DNA of 63,860 nt, the filler included. It is 5 parts of 5 records of this genome, joined end to end, with 100 filler letters (N's around TTAATTAATTAA, not from the genome) between each part and the next. Parts side by side here need not be neighbours in the genome. Positions count along the whole stretch, not along the records: positions 1 to 11,018 come from SRR31147125_974; 4 more parts are not named here. One strand, given 5' to 3'. The position numbers and the translations under genes are program-made. The notes below the pieces were generated by a model. It saw only the letters and a list, made by a program, of their open reading frames with translations, was not told the origin of the DNA and ran no database searches. This document shows positions 1-10,328 of the stretch, piece after piece. Within the stretch, counting starts at the first letter, position 1; each line of letters opens with the position of its first letter.

Positions 1-33
1 TTGTGCTTTTTTTTGACGAAAGGAAACCATTTT

Positions 34-1689
34 ATGATTGATATCATTAAACATAAAATCAAATATGATTTAGAAAATAAATATACGCATGAAACTTTTG
101 TTGTTGAAACACCGAAGCGAGGACACGCTGATTTAGCAATCCCTTTATTTGGATTAGCAAAATCATGGAAAAAAAGTCCTATGGTTATATTTGATGAACT
201 TCGTGAGGATTTGATGTATGAAGAAATCGATCATATTGAATTTATCGGTGGGTTTTTAAATATATTTTTAAAACGAGAAAACTATGCATCACAGGTCTTA
301 GAAGAATTACAAGTATTTGATCATCTACCTGATCAAAAGGAAACGATTGTGATTGATTATTCTTCACCAAACATCGCAAAGAAATTTTCTGTTGGACATT
401 TAAGATCTACGATGATTGGGAATGCTTTAAAAAACATTTATCAAAAAGCAGGATATAACGTTGTTGGTGTTAATCATTTAGGAGATTGGGGTACACAATT
501 TGGTAAGATGATTGTGGCATATCAACGTCTTGATAAACCTTTAGATTTATCAGTTGATCCCATTAAAAAACTTCAAGACTTATATGTCGGTTTTCATGAA
601 GATGCCAAAGAAAATCCTGAGTTAGAAGATGAAGCAAGAAAAGTCTTTATGGCATTAGAAAATGGCGATGAAACATATTTAAAACTTTGGGAACAATTTA
701 GATCACTTTCTATGCATGAGTTTATGGACATGTATGACACATTAAATGTATCATTTGACTCGTATGAAGGTGAAGCGTTCTATAATGATAAAATGGATGA
801 TGTGGTTCAAGCATTAGAAGAAAAAGGTTTACTTAAGATTGATGATGGTGCAACCATTGTCGACCTTGGTGATGATCTGCCACCTGCATTGATAAAAAGA
901 AGTGATGGAGCTACGCTTTATTTAACAAGAGATTTAGCAGCACTTAAATATCGATATGAAACATATGGTGCTAAAAAAGTATTATATGTTGTTGGTAATG
1001 AACAGCAATTACACTTTAAACAATTGGCTAAGGTTGCTAACATGTTAGAATGGCCTGTTACAATCGAACACATTAACTTTGGACTTGTTTTATTAGATGG
1101 TAAAAAAATGAGTACTAGAGGCGGGAAAACCAAAACATTAGAAGAAGTCATTAAACAAGCGATACATGATGCTAAACTTGCAATCATTGAAAAAAATCCA
1201 TCACTCCAAAACAAAGATGATGTAGCTAAAGCTGTTGGCGTAGGTGCTATTGTCTTTAACGATTTAAAAAATGAAAGACATTTAAATGTGGACTTCAATT
1301 TAGCAAATATGCTTAAATTTGAAGGTCAAACTGGTCCTTATTTACAATATAGTAGTGTTAGAATTGAAAGTATATTAAAAGATCTATCGATTGATCTAAG
1401 TCAATTAGATCCATCTGTTTATGCGAAAGATCATTATTTTGATGTCATTAAACAACTTGATTTATTCCAATCAGTCATTTTAAGAGCAAAAGAACAAAAC
1501 TCACCAAGTGTGATTGCAAAATATGCGATATCACTTGCACAAGCTTTTAATAGTTTTTATGGAAAACAAAGAGTTATCGTTGATGATGTTAAAGCGTTAA
1601 ATACAAATTTATATTTTGTCAAAACCATTCAATTAGTCATTCAAGAATGCCTATCTTTATTAGGTATACAAACACTTAAAGAAATGTAG
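34..1689 (+). CDS. argS: Arginine--tRNA ligase
   Basis: IDYSSPNIAKKFSVGHLRST (HIGH region), NHLGDWGTQFG, KMSTRGG and GQTGPYLQY motifs; ATG at 34 follows an AAGGA RBS. Confidence 0.95.
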   Translation: MIDIIKHKIKYDLENKYTHETFVVETPKRGHADLAIPLFGLAKSWKKSPMVIFDELREDLMYEEIDHIEFIGGFLNIFLKRENYASQVLEELQVFDHLPDQKETIVIDYSSPNIAKKFSVGHLRSTMIGNALKNIYQKAGYNVVGVNHLGDWGTQFGKMIVAYQRLDKPLDLSVDPIKKLQDLYVGFHEDAKENPELEDEARKVFMALENGDETYLKLWEQFRSLSMHEFMDMYDTLNVSFDSYEGEAFYNDKMDDVVQALEEKGLLKIDDGATIVDLGDDLPPALIKRSDGATLYLTRDLAALKYRYETYGAKKVLYVVGNEQQLHFKQLAKVANMLEWPVTIEHINFGLVLLDGKKMSTRGGKTKTLEEVIKQAIHDAKLAIIEKNPSLQNKDDVAKAVGVGAIVFNDLKNERHLNVDFNLANMLKFEGQTGPYLQYSSVRIESILKDLSIDLSQLDPSVYAKDHYFDVIKQLDLFQSVILRAKEQNSPSVIAKYAISLAQAFNSFYGKQRVIVDDVKALNTNLYFVKTIQLVIQECLSLLGIQTLKEM

Positions 1690-1692
1690 AAA

Positions 1693-1720
1693 TAATGGTA
1701 TCCGTTTGGATACCATTTTT
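1693..1720 (+). terminator. Intrinsic terminator after argS
   Basis: AATGGTATCC-GTTT-GGATACCATT hairpin followed by a T-run. Confidence 0.75.
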
Positions 1721-1953
1721 CATATATTAATGATTGAAACTGCCGCATAAATGTGAAAAAACACAATAGCAATATCCCCGCGTGATGACATACGTTATAA
1801 GTAGTATACAGTGTAATAGAAATTGTCAAATATATAACTAATATTTCTAAACCCAATTTCAGTATAAGGATTATCTAATCTCTCTATAATTTGGTCTTTT
1901 TCAATCATGTAGTGATTTTTTGATGCATTGATATTCCTCTTTTCTTTATTAAC

Positions 1954-1982
1954 TTGACATTCTATAAACATTGATTTATAAT
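1954..1982 (+). promoter_or_regulatory. Consensus sigma70/sigmaA promoter
   Basis: TTGACA (1954-59), 17-nt spacer, TATAAT (1977-82). Confidence 0.7.
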
Positions 1983-1987
1983 GATAG

Positions 1988-2039
1988 CAAAGATATGGAA
2001 TAAGACCCATATCACGGGAAGCTGAAGCTTCCTTTTTTT
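1988..2039 (+). ncRNA. Putative ~50-nt small RNA of unknown family
   Basis: Lies between a perfect promoter and a GGAAGC-TGAA-GCTTCC-T7 terminator; has a 5' hairpin GATATGG/CCATATC. Confidence 0.35.
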
Positions 2040-2276
2040 GTTTTGAACGTAAAAGCCATTGTTAGGCCTCTTTTTAATTTTTGTTAGCAATTTATTGCTT
2101 AAGTGATTGCCTTTAGTCAATGGAGAAATTAAAAGAATGACAATCATTTAGGAGAATTAAGAAGAAATATATATAAATAATTGTGATTGATTTATAAATG
2201 TGTTACAATATTAAAGCAATTAAATAAAAAATTCAATAATAATTAGGCTTAAATATGAACAAGGTATTTATTTATA

Positions 2277-2363
2277 CCCCGCGTGATGAAATTGGTAGAC
2301 GTGCCAGACTCAAAATCTGGTGGATGCAAATCCGTGCTGGTTCGAACCCGGCCGCGGGGACCA
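2277..2363 (+). tRNA. tRNA-Leu(CAA)
   Basis: Acceptor stem CCCCGCG/CGCGGGG plus A-CCA, D-loop TTGGTA, anticodon arm CCAGA-CTCAAAA-TCTGG, long variable arm, GGTTCGAAC T-loop. Confidence 0.95.
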
Positions 2364-2375
2364 AATATACACTTA

Positions 2376-2400
2376 AACACTCCATAGTGAGTGTTTTTTT
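2376..2400 (+). terminator. Terminator after tRNA-Leu
   Basis: AAACACTC-CATAGT-GAGTGTTT hairpin plus T-run. Confidence 0.7.
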
Positions 2401-2457
2401 ATATATGTATGCATATATATATGATAAAATAATCTTTGTGGGGAGACTTGGAGGATA

Positions 2458-3495
2458 ATGATGGAAAATATGAGTTTTAGAAAGTTTATCATGACAACCA
2501 TGAATGGTATGGTTTATGGATTGTTCGCAACACTTATTATTGGTGTTGTCATTGGGCAATTAGGAGACTTACTGCATATTGATTTAATTGCAAATACACT
2601 TAAATCTACATTAATGGGTTTAATGGGTGTTGGAATTGGTATAGGTATTGCACTTAGTCTTAAGATGGACGGATTGAAAATGGTTGTTGCATCCGTTGCA
2701 GGTGGTATTGCAACAAGCTTTAAATATGTTTTTGGTACAGGATTGGTATTATCATTAAATAATGATCCTATTACGACTTATCTAGTCGTTGTACTTACTA
2801 TTATGTTTTTAAAATATGTATGGGTTAAAAAAACACCTGTTGATATTGTATTAGTACCCGTGTTAGGCTCACTCGTTGCAGTCGTATTAACGCTTGTTTT
2901 ATCAGGTCCTATTGGATTTGCTTTATCTGGTATCTCTAATGGTATAGAAAGTGCAACAACATTTGCACCACTACCCATGTCAATTGTCTTATCTGTAGTG
3001 ATGGGTATGTTACTTACATCACCGATATCTAGCGCAGCGATTGCGATTGCCATCACGCTTGATGGACTTGCAGGTGCAGCAGCAGTTGTCGGATGTACAG
3101 TGCAAATGATTGGATTTGCGATACAGTCAAGAAAAGATAATAATATAGGTATGGTTTTATCTATTGCATTTGGTACATCAATGCTTCAATTTAAAAACAT
3201 CTTAAAAAAACCAATGATTTGGCTGCCGACTATTATTGCATCAGCAATTCTTGCACCAATTATTGTTTTACCACTTCAAGGTGAAACTTCAAGCATCGGT
3301 GCAGGTATGGGGTCTTCATCATTAGTGGGTCAATTAGAAACACTTGCGGCAATGAATTATAGCTTAAATGCATGGTTAATGGTCATCTTTATGGTTATAG
3401 GTGGGGCTTTAGTTGTCTATGCGATTGACTTAATTTTTAGAAAATATAAACTTATTGTTGACGGAGACCTTGCTGTAAACAATGATATCAACTAA
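2458..3495 (+). CDS. PTS IIC-like membrane protein (PfoR / EIIC_2 family)
   Basis: Polytopic; NGMVYGLFATLIIG, SPISSAAIAI and GTSMLQFKNILKKP motifs; GGAGG RBS. Confidence 0.8.
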   Translation: MMENMSFRKFIMTTMNGMVYGLFATLIIGVVIGQLGDLLHIDLIANTLKSTLMGLMGVGIGIGIALSLKMDGLKMVVASVAGGIATSFKYVFGTGLVLSLNNDPITTYLVVVLTIMFLKYVWVKKTPVDIVLVPVLGSLVAVVLTLVLSGPIGFALSGISNGIESATTFAPLPMSIVLSVVMGMLLTSPISSAAIAIAITLDGLAGAAAVVGCTVQMIGFAIQSRKDNNIGMVLSIAFGTSMLQFKNILKKPMIWLPTIIASAILAPIIVLPLQGETSSIGAGMGSSSLVGQLETLAAMNYSLNAWLMVIFMVIGGALVVYAIDLIFRKYKLIVDGDLAVNNDIN

Positions 3496-3570
3496 TTGAT
3501 TGATAAGATTTATTGATTATGATAAAATATCACTAGATATATATGAGATTTAAAAGAAAAGGGTGGATCT

Positions 3571-4266
3571 ATGAATAATCGCGTTAGTAATGGGATAGTA
3601 GGAAAATTGTTTAGAACACTAGGATTCATATTATTATTAGCATCATCTGTGCTTATACTTAGTGAATTAGTTTTAAATACATCAAATAGTGTTTCAGCAT
3701 TTGCTGAACCTTATGCTCAAATGGTGGATGACTTTGTATCAAACTTAGGTTTTGCTGTTGTTGAATATGCATTGCTAGGATTAATCGTAGGTTTTCTATT
3801 TATTATATGGGCTATTAGAAAAGGAATCGTTTTAAGAGTATTAATTACAGCATTACTTGTTTTTGTACTTGCAGAAGCAGTTGCTAATCAAAGTGCATTA
3901 TTTACAGGTATTGCATTAGTTCAAGTATCATTTTTAGAAAGTGCTGTGAGCTCAGTTGAAACTTATTTAAATGATCTTATTGCATATTCTGATTATGTTG
4001 TACCTGGAGCAAGTTTATTATTAGCATTCTTTTTATGGGTATTATTTGCAAATAAAAAACCAAAAAGATTATCAGTTAATTTGCTTAGAGTAGGCGCTAT
4101 CTTCTTATTATTTGCAATTATAGTTGCTGGACTCCCAGCTATTATTAGCTTAAGTTTTGCAACAGCTAGTTGGTATTTAATTGCTGAATTTGTTTTATAT
4201 GCACTAGCATATGTCTTCTTTATTGTAGGTGGCGTACTTGGTGTATTAGGATTTAGTAGAGGATAA
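3571..4266 (+). CDS. Hypothetical multi-pass membrane protein
   Basis: 231-aa ORF with about 6 hydrophobic segments and an RBS. Confidence 0.7.
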   Translation: MNNRVSNGIVGKLFRTLGFILLLASSVLILSELVLNTSNSVSAFAEPYAQMVDDFVSNLGFAVVEYALLGLIVGFLFIIWAIRKGIVLRVLITALLVFVLAEAVANQSALFTGIALVQVSFLESAVSSVETYLNDLIAYSDYVVPGASLLLAFFLWVLFANKKPKRLSVNLLRVGAIFLLFAIIVAGLPAIISLSFATASWYLIAEFVLYALAYVFFIVGGVLGVLGFSRG

Positions 4267-4297
4267 TTTATAGAATTTAATGACTATGGTATAAAAT

Positions 4298-4331
4298 AAA
4301 TGCGCGCATCATATGATGCACGCATTTTTTA
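4298..4331. terminator. Bidirectional terminator between convergent genes
   Basis: AAATGCGCGCATCATATGATGCACGCATTT palindrome flanked by A/T runs. Confidence 0.7.
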
Positions 4332-4333
4332 TT

Positions 4334-5827
4334 TTACATAATTGATGAGAAACCACGAAGCATAAACTTAAATAAATTGGATATAAAGTTTTTCTTGATG
4401 GTCACATCTAAAACAATGGATTCATCAATCGTTTGGTTGATATCCTTTAACATGCTTTTAATGGTATCTTGATTTTCTAAATATACACTATTTTCAAAGT
4501 GAAGATATAATGATCGAAAATCAAGATTTGCAGTACCGATCATGGCATGTTTTTCATCAGTAATCATCATTTTAGAATGAATAAATCCTCGTTTATAACG
4601 GTGAATGGTAATTCCAAACTTCGCAAGTTCTTCAGCATATGATTCAGTGACCATATAGACAAGTTTCTTATCTGGAATGTATGGGATAATAATATGTATA
4701 TCCACACCTGATTTTGCTGCAACTGTTAATGCAGTTTTTAATTCATTATCGATGATGAGATAAGGTGTAGTAATATAAATTGATTGCCTAGCTTGTGCAA
4801 TCATGGAATAATATACATGTTTATTCGTGAGTTCTTGGTCCATGGGACTATCTGAAAATGCAATTGTGATGTCTTCATGCTTAGAATGATCAAAATCGTG
4901 ATAGATATATTGTTCAAAATCAATATGATGTTTAGGATCTATAAAATTAATGGTACGTATTTCATTATATACAAGTGTTGATACCATGGGGCCTTCTAGC
5001 AAAATACCTGCATCTTTCCAATGACCAAAAGGATGTTCAAGATTAATGTATTCATCACCGATATTTATACCACCAGTATAAGCAACTTTTCCATCAATAA
5101 TAACAATTTTTTGATGATTACGATAATTCATGGCGAAATTCAAGTGAATACGCATCGGATTAAATACATAAGCCTTAATCCCAACTTTTGCTAATTCTTT
5201 TTTATAACGATAAGGTAGTGATGCACTACCAAAATCATCATAGATTAAAAACACTTCAACATCTTCTTTGACTTTTTCAATCAATATATCTAGTATGTCT
5301 TGCCACATCTTACCTTTTTTAATAATAAAAAATTCTAATAAGATATAGTGTTTTGCACTTTTTAGTGATTTCTTCATGGATTCAAACATCGCTTCACCAC
5401 TATTTAAATAGGTAGTTTTTGTGTGATAATCACTATAGTTGTTTGTTTCATATAAATAAGTTGAAATAAGATGATTTTTATCATAGGTCAATTTATCTTT
5501 AAAATATGCATGACGAGCAGTCTCTACATCTTCAAATTGTTTTAATTGTTTTGGATTGATGTTTCTATTTCTATAAAATAAATAAAATATGCCTCCAAAT
5601 AGTGGAAATAATAAAATAGGAATAATCCAAGACAATTTATAAACAGGGTTTTCCTCTTTATAAATGAGATAGAGCACAATGAAAAAAGTAATGGCATTCA
5701 TTATCCATGTGACATAAGGGAAATTGGCAAGATATTCTAAAATCAATAAAAATAATAAAATTTGTAAAAGTAGAAGGATGAGTATAAAAAAAGTTCTACT
5801 TAATATCATTCTAAGTAATTGTTTCAT
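4334..5827 (-). CDS. cls: Cardiolipin synthase
   Basis: Two HKD motifs (HQKIVIID, HSKMMITD), N-terminal TM helices, GTANLDFRS. Confidence 0.92.
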   Translation of the reverse strand: MKQLLRMILSRTFFILILLLLQILLFLLILEYLANFPYVTWIMNAITFFIVLYLIYKEENPVYKLSWIIPILLFPLFGGIFYLFYRNRNINPKQLKQFEDVETARHAYFKDKLTYDKNHLISTYLYETNNYSDYHTKTTYLNSGEAMFESMKKSLKSAKHYILLEFFIIKKGKMWQDILDILIEKVKEDVEVFLIYDDFGSASLPYRYKKELAKVGIKAYVFNPMRIHLNFAMNYRNHQKIVIIDGKVAYTGGINIGDEYINLEHPFGHWKDAGILLEGPMVSTLVYNEIRTINFIDPKHHIDFEQYIYHDFDHSKHEDITIAFSDSPMDQELTNKHVYYSMIAQARQSIYITTPYLIIDNELKTALTVAAKSGVDIHIIIPYIPDKKLVYMVTESYAEELAKFGITIHRYKRGFIHSKMMITDEKHAMIGTANLDFRSLYLHFENSVYLENQDTIKSMLKDINQTIDESIVLDVTIKKNFISNLFKFMLRGFSSIM

Positions 5828-6534
5828 AGGATTTCCTTAGTAAATATATAGTTGTGTGCATCTGAATGTGATTGATCATACTTATATCCATCGATTTCAA
5901 GTGTTTTTACATCGATTTCTGGTGTTTTTAATATGTTTTGGACAATGAGTCCTCTCATACGTTTAGCTTCCATGCTATGGATTTTTAGTGCATTATTTTT
6001 TTGTTGAAAGATCTGAATGGTTATGACTTGGTCCAAATCTTTGACCAATTTACCATATTCATCAGAACATAGATTATAGATGACTTCATCTTTGTGATAA
6101 GTACGTAAGTATTTTTCAATTTTGTCTTTCCAAAATGTATAAAGATTACCTACAGTTTTATTCATCATTTCTAGTCTGTAAAAACTTATATCATCATATG
6201 CATTTAATAGTCCATATAGTCCTGATAGTATATAGAGATGCTTTTCTATGTGATCATGATACTGATCTTCTATCAGGTCAATATTGATATGTCTGTACTG
6301 ATGTCCATGATAGCTATGAATAGCTGCTTGATGGCTTTGACCGAAGTTTTGATAGTATTGATACACTTCATCACTCAGTGCATCAGATAGTTTCATTTTT
6401 TTCTTTAAATCTAATGGCTCAACTGTTTTTAGTTGATTAACCAATTGCTTAGCATCTTTGATAAAAAAGGGTTTTTTACCATAGGAGATATCTGATTTTC
6501 TAAATGTCTTTGCTGGGGAGATTAAAATGATCAT
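5824..6534 (-). CDS. yaaA: YaaA-family peroxide stress protein
   Basis: MIILISPAKT, ILSGLYGLL, YRLEM and AKRMRG motifs. Confidence 0.85.
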   Translation of the reverse strand: MIILISPAKTFRKSDISYGKKPFFIKDAKQLVNQLKTVEPLDLKKKMKLSDALSDEVYQYYQNFGQSHQAAIHSYHGHQYRHINIDLIEDQYHDHIEKHLYILSGLYGLLNAYDDISFYRLEMMNKTVGNLYTFWKDKIEKYLRTYHKDEVIYNLCSDEYGKLVKDLDQVITIQIFQQKNNALKIHSMEAKRMRGLIVQNILKTPEIDVKTLEIDGYKYDQSHSDAHNYIFTKEIL

Positions 6535-6616
6535 CTTACACCATCCTTTAACTGCTATAATTATAACAAAAATTTAAAAAAAATGTTAGAATAGATAAGG
6601 TATAGGAGGTTGTTTT

Positions 6617-8056
6617 ATGAACGATAGAAAATTAACGTTACTCATGGATTTTTATGAACTCACCATGGCAAACGGATATTTTAAAGATAATAAACAAAAT
6701 CAAATCGCTGTATTTGATGTATTTTTTAGAGATATACCTGATCGCGGAGGTTATGCGATATTTGCAGGATTAGAAAAAGTTATTGATTATTTATCAGCAC
6801 TCACATTTAGTGAAGATGAACTTGAATATTTAAAATCTAAAAAAATATTTGATGATGCATTTCTTGATTTTTTAAAGCACTTTAAGTTTAGCAGCGATGT
6901 TTACGCAATTAAAGAAGGTACACCTATTTTTCCACATGAACCCATTCTAACGATTAAAGGGCCTATTATTGATTGTCAACTTGTTGAAACGATGTTATTG
7001 CTGACGATTAATCATCAATCATTGATTGCGACTAAAGCTGCAAGAATTGTAAGAGCTGCACAAGGTAGAGCTGTCTTAGAATTTGGTGCGCGTCGTGCCC
7101 ATGGATATGATGCATCAATTTATGGAGCAAGATCAGCATATATTGCTGGTGCACTTGGCACATCAAATACATATGCTGATTATGCTTATCAAATACCTGC
7201 GCTAGGGACGATGGCACATTCATATGTGCAATCATATGACAGTGAGTATGAAGCATTTTGTGCATACGCAAACACTTATCCAGATAATACTATATTATTA
7301 GTTGATACATATGATACGTTAAAACAAGGCATTCCAAATGCTATAAAAACACATCTAGAAGTGCTAGCACCTAAAGGATATACATTAAAGGGTATTCGTC
7401 TAGATAGTGGAGATTTAACGTATTTAACTAAAAAAGCAAGACATATGTTAGATGAAGCTGGTCTTAAAGATACAAAAATTACAGTATCTAATTCTTTAGA
7501 TGAATATTTAATTAAAGAACTCATTAGTCAAGGTGCACAAATTGATAGTTTTGGTGTTGGTGAGCGTCTTGTTACCGCAAGATCAGAAGCTGTATTTGGT
7601 GGTGTTTTTAAACTTGCTGCAATTGAAAAAGATGGTGAACTTGAACCAAAAATTAAAATTAGTGAGAATGTACAAAAAACGACGATTCCAGGATTTAAAC
7701 AAGTCTATCGTTTCTATGATGAAAATTGTATGGCTATTGCAGATGTACTTACGTTATTCGATGAGAAAATTGATACATCTAAACCATATAAATTATTCCA
7801 TCCACATTTTCCATATAAAAAGAAAATTGTCACAAATTATCAAGTAGAACCTTTAATGGTTCCTATATTTAAAGATGGACAATTAGTCTATGACAAACCA
7901 AGTATAAAAGAGATTAGAGCATATAGTCAGCAATGTATAAAATCTTTATGGCCAGAAGTATTGCGATTAGAAAATCCACATGAATACTATGTTGATTTAT
8001 CACAAGACTTATGGGATTTAAAACAATCACTGATTAATAAATATCGAGGTAAATAA
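6617..8056 (+). CDS. pncB: Nicotinate phosphoribosyltransferase
   Basis: DFYELTM, EFGARRAHG, GTMAHS, LVDTYDT and IRLDSGD motifs. Confidence 0.95.
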   Translation: MNDRKLTLLMDFYELTMANGYFKDNKQNQIAVFDVFFRDIPDRGGYAIFAGLEKVIDYLSALTFSEDELEYLKSKKIFDDAFLDFLKHFKFSSDVYAIKEGTPIFPHEPILTIKGPIIDCQLVETMLLLTINHQSLIATKAARIVRAAQGRAVLEFGARRAHGYDASIYGARSAYIAGALGTSNTYADYAYQIPALGTMAHSYVQSYDSEYEAFCAYANTYPDNTILLVDTYDTLKQGIPNAIKTHLEVLAPKGYTLKGIRLDSGDLTYLTKKARHMLDEAGLKDTKITVSNSLDEYLIKELISQGAQIDSFGVGERLVTARSEAVFGGVFKLAAIEKDGELEPKIKISENVQKTTIPGFKQVYRFYDENCMAIADVLTLFDEKIDTSKPYKLFHPHFPYKKKIVTNYQVEPLMVPIFKDGQLVYDKPSIKEIRAYSQQCIKSLWPEVLRLENPHEYYVDLSQDLWDLKQSLINKYRGK

Positions 8057-8580
8057 TGATACATATCGTTTTATTTGAACCAGAAATTCCACAAAATACG
8101 GGAAATATTATGCGCACATGTGTTGCAATAGGTGCTAAATTGCATTTAATTGAACCCCTTGGGTTTAATATTGATGAAAAAAGATTAAAAAGATCTGCAC
8201 TTGATTATTATGAGCATATTGATTATCAGCTATATGAGGACTATGAGGATTTCATTTCTAAAAATCAAGGAGAGTTTTTCTTTTTAACAAGATATGGTAA
8301 AAAGAAATATGCTGATTTTGATTATCAATCTTTAAATGATGATATTTATCTAATATTTGGTAAAGAATCTTCCGGTATTGATAAAAAAATATTAGCACAT
8401 CACTTAGATCGTTGTTATCGCATTCCAACAACTGATAAAGTCAGATCAATTAATTTAAGTAATTGTGTTGCACTTGTTGGATATGAAGTTTTAAGACAAC
8501 TTGATTATCCTGGTTTATTTACACATGAACCTGAAACACATAAAGGTAAAGATTTTCTTTTACAGTTTTTAGATGATTAA
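8056..8580 (+). CDS. trmL: tRNA (cytidine/uridine-34 2'-O)-methyltransferase
   Basis: EPEIPQNTGNIMRTC, FGKESSG and RSINLSN SPOUT motifs. Confidence 0.92.
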   Translation: MIHIVLFEPEIPQNTGNIMRTCVAIGAKLHLIEPLGFNIDEKRLKRSALDYYEHIDYQLYEDYEDFISKNQGEFFFLTRYGKKKYADFDYQSLNDDIYLIFGKESSGIDKKILAHHLDRCYRIPTTDKVRSINLSNCVALVGYEVLRQLDYPGLFTHEPETHKGKDFLLQFLDD

Positions 8581-8600
8581 GTTAGTAGAAAGAGGGACAT

Positions 8601-9584
8601 ATGAAATATAGAGTATTAGGTAAAACAGGTGTCAAAGTATCAGAGATATCATTAGGTACATGGCAATTAGGTGGTAAATGGGGAGAAGGATTAGACCCAG
8701 ATGTGGCAAGAAAAACATTAGAACAAGCGACCGAATTAGGGATTAATTGTTTTGATACGGCAGATGTTTATCAAAGTCAGCAATCAGAAATAGCCATTGG
8801 AGAGTTTAATCAAACATTAAATGATAAACCATTTGTTATTACAAAAATGGGTAGACAATTAAATCCGCATATCGCAGATGGATATAACGAAGAAAATTTA
8901 AGGGCATTTATTGATGCATCTAGAAAAAGATTAAATGTTGATCAACTCGATATGGTTTTACTTCATTGTCCACCACGTGAAGTCTATGACAGACCTCAAG
9001 TGTTTAAATGGATGGATCAGTTTAAACAAGAAGGGATCATCAAACATTATGGGGTAAGTATAGAAACTGTTGAAGAAGGCATGAAAGCTATGACATACCC
9101 TGGTGTAGAAGCGATTGAAATTATATATAACATGTTTAGGTTAAAACCGGAAGAAGTTTTTCTTAATACAGCAAAAGAGAAAAATGTTGGTGTGATTGTC
9201 CGTGTACCACTTGCAAGTGGATTATTAACGGGTAAATATAATTTAGACACAACATTTGGGAAAAATGATCATAGATATTACAATAGAGATGGTCAAGCCT
9301 TTGATAAAGGTGAAACATTTAGCGGTGTAGATTATGCGTTAGGATTAAAGGCAGTCGAACAGTTAAAAGAAGTTTTTCAAACTGAAGATTTAGCACCGAT
9401 TGCATTAAAATATATTTTGTCGCATGATGCAGTTTCAACTGTTATTCCTGGGGCAAGTAAACCGGCACACATTTTATCAAATGTGAAAGCAACTACATTA
9501 AAAGATTTTAGTCAATCACAAAAGGATGCGGTGAAGTCTATATATGACCAATATATAAAGGCATCTGTCCATCATTTATGGTAA
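8601..9584 (+). CDS. Aldo/keto reductase
   Basis: LGTWQLGG, FDTADVY and PLASGLLTGK motifs. Confidence 0.9.
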   Translation: MKYRVLGKTGVKVSEISLGTWQLGGKWGEGLDPDVARKTLEQATELGINCFDTADVYQSQQSEIAIGEFNQTLNDKPFVITKMGRQLNPHIADGYNEENLRAFIDASRKRLNVDQLDMVLLHCPPREVYDRPQVFKWMDQFKQEGIIKHYGVSIETVEEGMKAMTYPGVEAIEIIYNMFRLKPEEVFLNTAKEKNVGVIVRVPLASGLLTGKYNLDTTFGKNDHRYYNRDGQAFDKGETFSGVDYALGLKAVEQLKEVFQTEDLAPIALKYILSHDAVSTVIPGASKPAHILSNVKATTLKDFSQSQKDAVKSIYDQYIKASVHHLW

Positions 9585-9603
9585 GACTAGGTGAGGTATA
9601 ACA

Positions 9604-10254
9604 ATGAAACTTGATAAAAAACAAACCATAGGTGAAGAAATCGCAAATGCTATTAGTCATGGTGTCATGGCTATCTTTGGACTTGTCGCTATGGTACTGA
9701 TGCTTACTAAAAGTGATACGACGCTAGAAGTGGTAGCATCCATATTATTTGGATTTGGTATGATTAATTTATATACGATGAGTACACTTTATCATGCGTT
9801 TTTTCACCCCACAACGAAGGGTGTATTTAAACGCTTTGATCATTTATCCATCTATATCCTAATAGGTGGTAGTTTTGCACCTGCATTATTACTATTGCCT
9901 GGATTAAGAGAACCAGTGATTGGTAATCTTGATTATGGATGGTTATTGTTTATTGTGCAATGGCTCACAATTATTGTGGGTGTTGTGTTTAAATCGATAT
10001 GGATTAAGAGATTCAAAGTGATTCATGTGATCTTGTATTTGATGATGGGATGGAGTGCACTTGCTTTTATTTCACAGTTATTTGCATTTAGTGAAGAAGC
10101 ATTTTGGCTCATTCTTTTTGGTGGTATTGCATATAGTGTAGGTGTTATATTCTATGCACTTCCTAAAGTGAAGTATTTTCACTTTGTCTGGCATATTTTT
10201 TGTGCCATAGGTACAATTTTACAATTTTTTGCATACTATCTTTATCTTTACTAA
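9604..10254 (+). CDS. Hemolysin III / PAQR-family membrane protein
   Basis: EEIANAISHG, STLYH, DHLSIYILIGG and HFVWHIF motifs. Confidence 0.9.
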   Translation: MKLDKKQTIGEEIANAISHGVMAIFGLVAMVLMLTKSDTTLEVVASILFGFGMINLYTMSTLYHAFFHPTTKGVFKRFDHLSIYILIGGSFAPALLLLPGLREPVIGNLDYGWLLFIVQWLTIIVGVVFKSIWIKRFKVIHVILYLMMGWSALAFISQLFAFSEEAFWLILFGGIAYSVGVIFYALPKVKYFHFVWHIFCAIGTILQFFAYYLYLY

Positions 10255-10328
10255 CATGAATATTTATTCATGTCTTGAATATTGATTAAAAATAGAGTAA
10301 TATAGTATATGGTGAGGAGAGATATCAT

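Noticed and set aside
2255-2559. ORFs 2255-2458 (+) and 2272-2559 (-)
   Set aside because: They overlap tRNA-Leu and its terminator; spurious
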